DNA of 64,000 nucleotides from an uncultured Gemmatimonadota bacterium (lineage in GTDB: Bacteria; JAAXHH01), in the NCBI GenBank assembly GCA_951812955.1, contig OX638340.1, positions 1,568,001-1,632,000 of the forward strand, in the 5' to 3' direction. Position numbers and translations under genes: made by a program. The notes beneath the pieces are model-generated. The model was not told the DNA's origin and made no database searches. It saw only the letters and a program-made list of their open reading frames with translations. Positions 26,001 through 34,043 of this stretch are shown piece by piece (the stretch's first letter is position 1; each line of letters opens with the position of its first letter).

Positions 26001-27377
26001 TCAGCCGGGTTTCAGCCAGCGGCCGTGGCCTGGCCGACCCGTGATTTTGCCGTCCTCGTATACCGTCTCGCCGCGGACCATGGTACGCTGGACGCGGCCC
26101 TTCATGGGCATGCCATGCACGATGCGCATGACATCCCTTGCCTTGGTGAAGCAGGTGTTCCGGTCAAAGGTCCACCGCGCGTCCATGTCCACGAAGGTGA
26201 GATCGGCGTCGTTTCCGATCGAGATGCGCCCTTTCCCGGGGAGCCTGAAGATCTCGGCCTGGCGGGTTGACATCAGCCTGACGAGGTCGGTAATGGGCAG
26301 GCGGCCGTCATTGACCGCGGTCAGCATCAGGGGCGCCATGGATTCGAGTCCGGGCAGTCCGGGCGGAATGGCGAAGATGTCGTCCCCTTCCTTTTCCTCG
26401 GGCCGGAAGGGAGAATGGTCGCTGCCGACGAATTCCAGGGTTCCGTCATGCAGGTAGGACCAGAGCGCTTCGACCTCTTCGGCGGGACGCAGGGCGGGAT
26501 TGCACTTGGCGAAACCGCGGTGCACGGACAAGACCTGGTCGGTCAGGAAGAGATACTGGGGACAGGTCTCCGCGATGACGTCTAGCCCCCTGGCCTTGGC
26601 CTCCTTTACCATCTGTGCGGCACGCGGACTTGACAGGTGTACGACCTCCACCGGACCGCCGGCCTCGGCGGCCAGGCTCATCATGATCGCGACCGATGTG
26701 TCTTCCACGATGGACGGCCGGCTTTCGGCGTGGGCCAGGCCATCGTTGCGGCCCTCCGCGGACAATCGGGCGATGAGCGTCTCGATCATGGGCCAGTTCT
26801 CGCAGTGGAAGCTGTGGCGCAGGCCCGTGGCGGCCGTGGCCGCCATCACGTCCCGCAGCAGCGAGTAGTCCAGGCACCAGAGGCCGAAGAACTCGCCCTC
26901 GCGGTGGGTCGGCGGCGCGGTCAGGAAGGTCTTGAAGGCCACGGCACCCGCGTCGGCCACCTCGGCGATCAGGTCCACGTTCTGATGTCCGGCGGCGCCG
27001 TAGAGACCGAAATCGATCAACGTAGTTTCGCCGATGGCCTCGCCCCGTTTGCGTACGCCCTCGGCGGAACTGGCGGCAACCGGCGAGATGGGCATTTCCA
27101 GCAGGGTCGTTATGCCGCCCGCGGCTGCGGCACTCGTACCGGAGACGGGGTCCTCCCGCTCTTCGTGGCCGGGCGACCGGAGATGGACGTGGGGATCGAT
27201 CAGGCCGGGCAGGACGTGCAATCCCTTCGCTGAGATCTGCCGGGAGGAGTCGGGCCGGGCATCGGGCTCGAGTACACCGGCGATGCGGCCGTCCCGCACG
27301 GCGATCGTGGCGGCTGTTACGCCTTCCTGGTTGACCACCAGGCCATCGGTTACGATGAGGTCAAATGTGGTAGCCAT
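26001..27377 (-). CDS. Cyclic amidohydrolase (allantoinase/dihydropyrimidinase/dihydroorotase superfamily)
   Basis: Metal-binding DPHVHLR motif and a 458-aa amidohydrolase fold, with later His/Asp ligands present. Confidence 0.8.
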   Translation of the reverse strand: MATTFDLIVTDGLVVNQEGVTAATIAVRDGRIAGVLEPDARPDSSRQISAKGLHVLPGLIDPHVHLRSPGHEEREDPVSGTSAAAAGGITTLLEMPISPVAASSAEGVRKRGEAIGETTLIDFGLYGAAGHQNVDLIAEVADAGAVAFKTFLTAPPTHREGEFFGLWCLDYSLLRDVMAATAATGLRHSFHCENWPMIETLIARLSAEGRNDGLAHAESRPSIVEDTSVAIMMSLAAEAGGPVEVVHLSSPRAAQMVKEAKARGLDVIAETCPQYLFLTDQVLSVHRGFAKCNPALRPAEEVEALWSYLHDGTLEFVGSDHSPFRPEEKEGDDIFAIPPGLPGLESMAPLMLTAVNDGRLPITDLVRLMSTRQAEIFRLPGKGRISIGNDADLTFVDMDARWTFDRNTCFTKARDVMRIVHGMPMKGRVQRTMVRGETVYEDGKITGRPGHGRWLKPG

Positions 27378-27553
27378 GGCTTACTCCCGTTGGCGCAGGC
27401 GTCGACAACCGCCTGCATGTTTGAACCGCGATGGGACGCGAGAAACCCGAGTCGAAACATCAGCGTGGCGGCGGGACCAGGCGGGCTGCCCAAAGCACCC
27501 GATGCGCCGGACCGGTCGGGCAAGGCAGTCCAGGCGGGCCGCCAGCAACGGCC

Positions 27554-28570
27554 TCATCCGTCCATGTCCACAATCATCACCCAGGCCGGCGACGGTCCCA
27601 CGTCATACACGCCGATCGGCGAGAGCGCGCCCGTATCCTGATCAATACTGTAAGCGGCGAGTCGGCCCGATTCCTGGCCCGCGGCGTAGAGGAACCGGCC
27701 CCGCGGATCCAGGTTGAAGGCCCGCGGCATTTTTTCGGTCGGCGCCTGGCCAATGGCGGTCAGGAGTCCGGAGACCGGATCGATCGCGAACCCGGCGATG
27801 CTGTCGTGACCCCGGTTGCTCGCGTAAACGAACCGGCCCGAAGGATGGATGTGGATCTGCGAACAGGTGTTTTCACCAGTAAAATCCAATGGCAACGTCG
27901 ATACTGTCTGCAGCGCCTCCAGCGTTCCCCGGTCCGGGTCGAACCGATAGGCCGTCATGCTGCTTCCCTGTTCATTGTCGGCGTAGAGCACGTTCAGCGT
28001 GGGATGATGACAGTAATGACGCGGACCCGTATCCGGGGGCTGGGCGACCCTGGGCGGATCGTTTGGCGTCAGCCTGCCCGTGTTTTCGTCGAACCGGAAC
28101 TGGTAGATCATGTTCGACTCGGCCACATGGGGCACGAAGGCGAAACGGTTCGAAGCGTCGGTCTGAATGTAATGGGCGCATCGGGCCGTCTCCTGCCGGT
28201 CAACGGGCGGCGCCTGGACCATGCCGTCGTCCCCGATGGCGTGAACGCCCGCCACGGCCAGTCCATAGGAAGCGGACAGGAGAAAACGCCCGGTGTTGTC
28301 CAGGGCCATGTACGTCGTGTCCCAGTCGAAGGGCGTGGTGCCCTGCAGCGATATGCTACCTGTATTTCGATCCAGGCTATACGTCTGCACAGACGGCTCG
28401 CCACGTAGTCCGGCATACAGGTGTTCAAGGTCGGTATCCACGACCTGGGGCATCACGCCGGCCCCCGCGGCGACATCTTCTTTGTGGGCCAAACCGCCGC
28501 TTTCGGGATCCATTTCGTAGATGGCGATTTTGCCCTCGCCGGTGATGGACAGGTACAAGTAAAACGCCAT
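27554..28570 (-). CDS. Lactonase, 7-bladed beta-propeller (6-phosphogluconolactonase / 3-carboxymuconate cycloisomerase-like) family
   Basis: Repeated propeller blade motifs (e.g. HPSGRFVYASNRG, DPRGRFLYAAGQESG) typical of the YbhE/Pgl lactonase family. Confidence 0.75.
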   Translation of the reverse strand: MAFYLYLSITGEGKIAIYEMDPESGGLAHKEDVAAGAGVMPQVVDTDLEHLYAGLRGEPSVQTYSLDRNTGSISLQGTTPFDWDTTYMALDNTGRFLLSASYGLAVAGVHAIGDDGMVQAPPVDRQETARCAHYIQTDASNRFAFVPHVAESNMIYQFRFDENTGRLTPNDPPRVAQPPDTGPRHYCHHPTLNVLYADNEQGSSMTAYRFDPDRGTLEALQTVSTLPLDFTGENTCSQIHIHPSGRFVYASNRGHDSIAGFAIDPVSGLLTAIGQAPTEKMPRAFNLDPRGRFLYAAGQESGRLAAYSIDQDTGALSPIGVYDVGPSPAWVMIVDMDG

Positions 28571-28779
28571 CGAATTCCCCTTCCCGCACGGCTGCGAGCC
28601 ATGGCACCGCAGTATCGGTATACCTCGTATTAAAAACGGCAGGTCTGATCGAAAAACAGGAAATCAATTTGCAGGCCGCCCGTCTGACCGTCAAGCCTCA
28701 TTTCCCGGTACAACCGTTGCCTTCCAGGTCATTCAAAACACCGCGGCGCGTTTAAATCCAGATCGCATAACACTACCCA

Positions 28780-29628
28780 TCAGCGCTTCCTGGCGATGAT
28801 GTCCTGCCGCGTCGTACTGGCGGTAGTCACCACGACGTTTTCCGCGGAGAAGGCCTCGGTGTCCTCAGTGGGTGGACCGTACAGGGCGTAGGATCCGGCG
28901 GGCATGAAGTAGGCCGAGTACTGTCCGCCTTCGTCAGAATAGACCGTCACCGAATCCGTCCTGCCGGGTTGAAACAAGGTTATGGGGTACCCACTCAGCG
29001 TCACGTCGTCCCGGAGGACCGCCGGCGTGGTGTTGTCGTGCTTGACGCTGCCTGAAACCTGGCCGGAGCTCGCCAGGTCGACCAGGCGGCCTGCCGGCGA
29101 GAACCTCATCCCGGTAATGTCGTGGACCCGTTGGATATCGCCCTCAAATGTGATCGAACGTATCAGGTCGAAATCGATTACGACGTCCGCCTTCCTGCCG
29201 CGCTCGACGACCACCGAGGTGTTTGCTTCGGCGATCATCTCCCTGCCCTGCGGATCCGTATACACTTCGTTGAACTGCACGCCATTCAACAGGGTCACCG
29301 TGACTTCGTGGATGTTGAGGCGTGCGGCGTCGTATCTACCCTCGACCAGGGAGAACACTTCCAGGACCCGCGTATCGCTTCCCCCCAGTTCGAACAGGTC
29401 GACGGTATGGGTCAAGGTGCCGGGGGTTCCGAACTCGCTGTTTGCCGTGGAACGAACGGACACGCCCGACATGACCACCACGACCGATCTGACGTGGTGC
29501 GGGATCGGAGTCTGAGCAGCCAGGCGCAACTGCAGGTCACTGATGACGCTTGATGTCGGGTCGCCGCAACCTGGGATAGCGGTCACCAGGAGCAGGATCA
29601 GAAGGCAATGACAGATTCGTTTTTTCAT
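28780..29628 (-). CDS. Hypothetical lipoprotein (signal peptide plus lipobox AIPGCG), beta-rich
   Basis: MKKRICHCLLILLLVTAIPGCG lipoprotein signal. No confident family. Confidence 0.6.
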   Translation of the reverse strand: MKKRICHCLLILLLVTAIPGCGDPTSSVISDLQLRLAAQTPIPHHVRSVVVVMSGVSVRSTANSEFGTPGTLTHTVDLFELGGSDTRVLEVFSLVEGRYDAARLNIHEVTVTLLNGVQFNEVYTDPQGREMIAEANTSVVVERGRKADVVIDFDLIRSITFEGDIQRVHDITGMRFSPAGRLVDLASSGQVSGSVKHDNTTPAVLRDDVTLSGYPITLFQPGRTDSVTVYSDEGGQYSAYFMPAGSYALYGPPTEDTEAFSAENVVVTTASTTRQDIIARKR

Positions 29629-29933
29629 GATCCGGATAGTCCATGAAGTCCGGCACGCACTGATTTATCCAACCTGTTCCGCAATCGGTTCAGCCTGAAA
29701 AGTACAGTTTCTTGACGTCTGTGTAAACTTGTTCCTTTTAAGCAGTTAACGCGATTTCCCGGAGCTTCGGCCACCGTATCTCCTGTCGTAAGCAGGTTAG
29801 GCGCAGGGTAAGCGACGGAAGCCTTAAAGGGTCTATTGAATCAAATGACTGCGGGGTAATCACTTTCTATTGCCAAAGAGACCGCATTTACCTATATCTA
29901 TAGAATTGTGAACTTCACAGCCGGAGTTTTTCG

Positions 29934-30437
29934 ATGATCGACGCCAGCCGGAAATTTCTCTTCGCCATCGCCGCCACGCTGCTCGTGGTTACACTTAGCG
30001 TTTCGGGCGAACTCTCGGAGGCCGTCCCGGAGCCCCCGGTCGACGCACCAACGGGCGCATCAGCCAACAAACCCATCCAGGTAGACTGGAACCTCCTGTC
30101 CAGCCTCAACTACCGTACCGGCAAACCAAGCGCGGAGTTGGCGGCGCTCGATGGCAAATTCGTAAAGGTCCCCGGATTTACGGTAACGCTTGAAGACTGG
30201 GCGTCCTCTGCGAAGGAATTCCTCCTCGTTCCCTATGTCGGCGCCTGCATCCACACGCCCCCGCCCCCGCCCAACCAGCTCGTCTACATAGAGATGGTGA
30301 AGGGCAAATGGGCGTTTCTGGACGGGTGGAACCCGGTGTGGGTCGAGGGCGTACTCAAGATCGAGATGACCAAGAGCGTGTACGGCCCCGTCGGCTTCAC
30401 CATCACCGGCCAGCGGGTCTATCCGTACGAGTACTGA
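29934..30437 (+). CDS. Secreted DUF3299-like protein, encoded upstream of a MacB/FtsX-type ABC transporter
   Basis: Signal peptide, then VPYVGACIHTPPPPPNQLVYIEM, which is characteristic of DUF3299. Gene neighbourhood with an ABC ATPase and FtsX permease. Confidence 0.6.
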   Translation: MIDASRKFLFAIAATLLVVTLSVSGELSEAVPEPPVDAPTGASANKPIQVDWNLLSSLNYRTGKPSAELAALDGKFVKVPGFTVTLEDWASSAKEFLLVPYVGACIHTPPPPPNQLVYIEMVKGKWAFLDGWNPVWVEGVLKIEMTKSVYGPVGFTITGQRVYPYEY

Positions 30438-30584
30438 TCCGCGATGCGGACACCGACGTGATCTGCAGAGCAGACACCTGTTTGACCAGCGATGCGGACA
30501 GTTGTGTGAATTTTGCGCGCGCACTCGCTGAGCCGGGTACCCGCCGTTTTTCGTGGATCTACGCTTCGAGGGGATAAGCTATAG

Positions 30585-31268
30585 ATGAGTTTCACAGTCG
30601 ACGTCCGACGCCTGCGCTTCCGCTACGGAGGCGGCCCCTGGGTGTTGGACATCCCCGAGTTGACCCTCGAGCGGGGGACACGCGCGTTCCTGTTCGGTCC
30701 CAGCGGCAGCGGCAAGACGACGCTACTCGGTGTGCTGGCGGGGGTCCTGGAAGCGACTGAGGGCGAGATCAGGGTGCTGGGCGAAGACCTTGCCTCACTG
30801 TCGGGAGCACGGCGGGACGCCTTCCGGGCGGAGCACATCGGCTATGTCTTCCAGATGTTCAACCTCATCCCCTACCTGTCGGTGCTCGACAATATCGCCC
30901 TTCCTGTTCGCATGCACGCGGGGCGCCGGGCCCGGCTGGACGGCAAGGGTGTGAAGGAGACCGCCGCGCTGCTTGCCGAACACCTCCAGATCGGAAACCT
31001 GCTGGATAACCAGGTGACCGAACTTTCGGTGGGACAGCAGCAAAGGGTTGCGGCCTGCCGTGCGCTCATCGGGGCCCCGGAGCTCATCGTCGCCGATGAA
31101 CCGACCTCCTCCCTGGACTTCGACCGCCGCGAGGCCTTCCTCGATCTGCTCTTCCAGGAATGCGAGCGTGCCGGCGCAACGTTGGTGTTCGTGAGCCACG
31201 ACCGCACGCTGGAGGGCAAGTTCTCCCGCACCATCTCGCTTCCCGACATCAACAAGGCGTTGCGCTGA
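30585..31268 (+). CDS. ABC transporter ATP-binding protein (MacB/LolD-like)
   Basis: Walker A GPSGSGKTT, signature LSVGQQQR, Walker B LIVADEPT. Confidence 0.85.
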   Translation: MSFTVDVRRLRFRYGGGPWVLDIPELTLERGTRAFLFGPSGSGKTTLLGVLAGVLEATEGEIRVLGEDLASLSGARRDAFRAEHIGYVFQMFNLIPYLSVLDNIALPVRMHAGRRARLDGKGVKETAALLAEHLQIGNLLDNQVTELSVGQQQRVAACRALIGAPELIVADEPTSSLDFDRREAFLDLLFQECERAGATLVFVSHDRTLEGKFSRTISLPDINKALR

Positions 31269-32731
31269 TGGTGATTCTGGACCTCGCGCTCAAGTCGCTC
31301 CGCAACCGCGCCTTCAGCACCTCGCTCACGGTAGGCTCCATCGCCCTCAGCGTCGCCCTCATGATCGGCGTCGAGAACGTGCGCATGGGCATGCGCGAGA
31401 GTTTCTCAAACACCATCAGCCAGACCGATCTGATCGTCGGTACCAAGGGCGGCACGATTCAGTTGCTATTGTATTCGGTCTTCGGCTTGGGATCACCCAC
31501 GGAGAATGTTTCGTGGGAGGCCTACAGGCAGTGGGCGGAGCATCCCGCGGTCGCTTGGACCATCCCATACAGTCTTGGGGACAGTCACAGAGGATTCCGG
31601 GTCATCGGCACGAACCAGGACTTCCATCGTCACTACCGCTACCGCGGAGGTCAGGAAATCGCGCTGGCGGAGGGAAGGGCGAACGTGGATCTATTCGATG
31701 TAACCCTGGGCGCGGACGTGGCAGCCGAGTTGAATTACGCGTTGGGCGACGAGATTGCGGTGACGCACGGGCTCGGTGAGGTGGGTTTCCTGAACCACGA
31801 CCACATGCCCTTCACGGTCGTGGGCGTCCTCGCCAAGACATTCACCCCCGTTGACCGAGCGATCTACGTGTCCCTCGAGGGCATGGAGGCCATCCACTGG
31901 GAGGGCGGTGCCCCTCCGGCGTCGGACGACGAACACGTCCACGATGAGACGGATGCGGCCACCGCGGACGATGGACACGTCCACGATGAGGCGGATGCGG
32001 CCACCGCGGACGATGGACACGACGAAGAGGCGGATGCGGCCACCGCGGACGATGGGCACGACGAAGAGACGGATACGGCCACTGCGGACGACGAACACGT
32101 CCACGATGAGGCGGATGAGGCCACCGCGGACGATGGGCACGACGAGGCGGTGGATTTTTCGATCGAGGATGTCGAAGTCAGGCAGGTGACGTCGTTCTTC
32201 GTGGGGATGACCAGCCGCCGGGACGTGCTACAACTGCAGCGCCAGATCAACGATTTCGAGAACGAGCCCATGATGGCCGTGATCCCCGGAGTCGCCCTGA
32301 ACGAGATGTGGCAGGGCCTGGGTTACGCCGAGACCGGCCTCCGGCTGGTGACCATCTTCGTCGTGTTGGTAGGGTTACTGGGCATGCTGGTCTCACTCTA
32401 CACGTCGCTTAACGAGCGCCGACGGGAAATGGCGATCCTGCGCGCCGTCGGGGCGGGACCCAACCGAATCGTCTCACTGCTGGTGCTCGAGTCGGTGTGC
32501 CTGTCCGCGGCGGGAGCCATCGGCGGACTCGCCCTGGTTTACATGTTGCTCTCAGCCGGACAGTCGTTTGTCGAGGCGCAAGTCGGGCTCTACATTCCGA
32601 TCCGGCCCCCCGGCTCAATCGAATTCCTCTACCTGGCCGCCGTGGTGACGGCCGGATTCGTGATGGGCTTCGTGCCCGCACTCAAGGCCTACCGCACGGC
32701 ACTCCATGACGGACTGTCGGTACGGGTGTAA
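31268..32731 (+). CDS. FtsX-like ABC transporter permease (MacB-type periplasmic domain) with a His/Asp-rich tandem-repeat insertion
   Basis: N-terminal TM plus MacB_PCD-like region, then C-terminal FtsX 3-TM bundle (MAILRAVGAGP ...). ATG overlaps the upstream stop. The repeat insertion lies at 31925-32155. Confidence 0.8.
   Translation: MVILDLALKSLRNRAFSTSLTVGSIALSVALMIGVENVRMGMRESFSNTISQTDLIVGTKGGTIQLLLYSVFGLGSPTENVSWEAYRQWAEHPAVAWTIPYSLGDSHRGFRVIGTNQDFHRHYRYRGGQEIALAEGRANVDLFDVTLGADVAAELNYALGDEIAVTHGLGEVGFLNHDHMPFTVVGVLAKTFTPVDRAIYVSLEGMEAIHWEGGAPPASDDEHVHDETDAATADDGHVHDEADAATADDGHDEEADAATADDGHDEETDTATADDEHVHDEADEATADDGHDEAVDFSIEDVEVRQVTSFFVGMTSRRDVLQLQRQINDFENEPMMAVIPGVALNEMWQGLGYAETGLRLVTIFVVLVGLLGMLVSLYTSLNERRREMAILRAVGAGPNRIVSLLVLESVCLSAAGAIGGLALVYMLLSAGQSFVEAQVGLYIPIRPPGSIEFLYLAAVVTAGFVMGFVPALKAYRTALHDGLSVRV
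31925..32155 (+). repeat. In-frame tandem repeat (about 5.5 units of 39-42 bp) encoding His/Asp-rich repeats HVHDEADAATADDG in the periplasmic domain of the FtsX permease
   Basis: Read directly. Encoded peptide is DDEHVHDETDAATADDGHVHDEADAATADDGHDEEADAATADDGHDEETDTATADDEHVHDEADEATADDGHDEAVD. Confidence 0.85.
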
Positions 32732-33216
32732 TGGGTTCTTCGCTCGACTTCCACCGAGCGACGGGATCTTGGGGCTCCTGGCAGGCTCCGGCCGAACCAC
32801 GGATTCCTGGCGTCCGTGTAAGATTATTCTTTTTAAGCAGTTACCTCAGATTTGCCCTGCGCGTCAATTCTTCCTCGATTACCGGAACCAGTCTGTCTGA
32901 ATTCGTAACCACACCGGAGATCATGCGAGTTTGCAAGTTTTTTCACTTTACGCTCGGCTCCGGCGACAGTCACCTGGCTACTTATAAAAAACAACGTCCT
33001 GAATAACTTGTTATTGTATACTTCCATCCATTCCCCGTCCTAATCCAGAAAACGCGAGCTCCAGGGGGAGGACTGCAGACGTTGAATCTTGGCCGGGACA
33101 GCTTATAACTTGATACCCGGCAGCAGGTCGTGTCCTGGAGGCAAGGTAAGGCATTACGGACAGCCATTTTACGTTGACACCCGCCGATCCGTGAGCCTAT
33201 ATTGCCTGCCTGCCAG

Positions 33217-33301
33217 GGTGGGGTGTCTGAGTGGCCGAAAGAGACGGTCTTGAAAACCGTTGTACCTTTGCGGGTACCGTGGGTTCGAATCCCACCCCCA
33301 C
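33217..33301 (+). tRNA. tRNA-Ser (anticodon TGA), type II with long variable arm
   Basis: Manually folded. Acceptor GGTGGGG/CCCCACC, D-stem GTCT/AGAC, anticodon stem ACGGT/ACCGT with loop CTTGAAA, T-arm GTGGG-TTCGAAT-CCCAC, discriminator G. CCA is not encoded. Confidence 0.85.
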
Positions 33302-33325
33302 CGTCCAACGGCTCTGGAGATCATT

Positions 33326-33417
33326 CCGGAGAGGTGCGAGAGTGGCTGAATCGGATCGACTGCTAATCGATTGTGGGTCAAAAAACCTACCGAGGGTTCG
33401 AATCCCTCCCTCTCCGT
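33326..33417 (+). tRNA. tRNA-Ser (anticodon GCT), type II
   Basis: Manually folded. Acceptor GGAGAGG/CCTCTCC, anticodon stem ATCGA/TCGAT with loop CTGCTAA, T-arm GAGGG-TTCGAAT-CCCTC, discriminator G. Confidence 0.85.
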
Positions 33418-33489
33418 CAGAAGTATCAAAGCCGGTCCTGGTCGGCCGAATATCAGAAGTATCAAAGCCGCTCCTGGTCGGCCGAATAG
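33418..33489. repeat. Two tandem 36-bp direct repeats (TCAGAAGTATCAAAGCCGNTCCTGGTCGGCCGAATA) beginning at the nucleotide after the tRNA-Ser(GCT) 3' end
   Basis: Read directly. Copies at 33418-33453 and 33454-33489. Confidence 0.85.
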
Positions 33490-33536
33490 CGGCATTCACC
33501 GGGCTCCGGCCCGCATCGGAAGCCCCATCCAGGAAT

Positions 33537-33608
33537 ACCATCGGGAGCCCTGTACTTTGAATTACCATCGGGAGCCCTATTCTTGAGATTCCATCAGGAG
33601 CGCCATTC
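33537..33608. repeat. About 2.5 tandem copies of a 28-bp repeat (TACCATCGGGAGCCCT core) upstream of a small membrane-protein gene
   Basis: Read directly. Cores at 33537-33552 and 33565-33580, with a degenerate third copy at 33591-33606. Confidence 0.7.
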
Positions 33609-34037
33609 ATGCAGTACCAGTTGAAGCGAATCGACCCGTGGTCCGCGTGCAAGATTACTTTTCTCATCGCCGGCGTTGTGGGGTTCGTTGTTGGGGCGCT
33701 TTACGCCGTGCTGATCACGATGATGGCGAGTTTCATGGGCATGGTGGGGATGTCCGAAGGCATGCCCGATGAGATGGGCTATATCGTAGGGGCCACAGGC
33801 TTCATCGCGGTCGTAGCCTGGATCGTAATCACCATCCTGTACGCCGTGGTCGGTGCCCTGGTGGTCTCGCTGGCTACCTGGCTGTACAACCTGTTGGCGG
33901 GCGCGATCGGCGGCGTGCAACTGACCTTCGAAGCCTTACCGTCAGTTGTGCCCGCTCCGACTGAAGCGACGACACCCGGTTCCGACACTTCGACCGCGAC
34001 GGGAGACGCCGGCGGTTCAGAACCCCAGGCAACGTAA
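33609..34037 (+). CDS. Small integral membrane protein (DUF3566-like), hypothetical
   Basis: Two to three hydrophobic TM helices and a Thr/Ser/Gly-rich tail. Coding-like codon usage. Confidence 0.5.
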   Translation: MQYQLKRIDPWSACKITFLIAGVVGFVVGALYAVLITMMASFMGMVGMSEGMPDEMGYIVGATGFIAVVAWIVITILYAVVGALVVSLATWLYNLLAGAIGGVQLTFEALPSVVPAPTEATTPGSDTSTATGDAGGSEPQAT

Positions 34038-34043
34038 CGATCT

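Noticed and set aside
25257-26270. 337-aa plus-strand ORF overlapping the DapA-family and amidohydrolase genes
   Set aside because: It crosses two well-supported minus-strand genes and has a low-complexity product.
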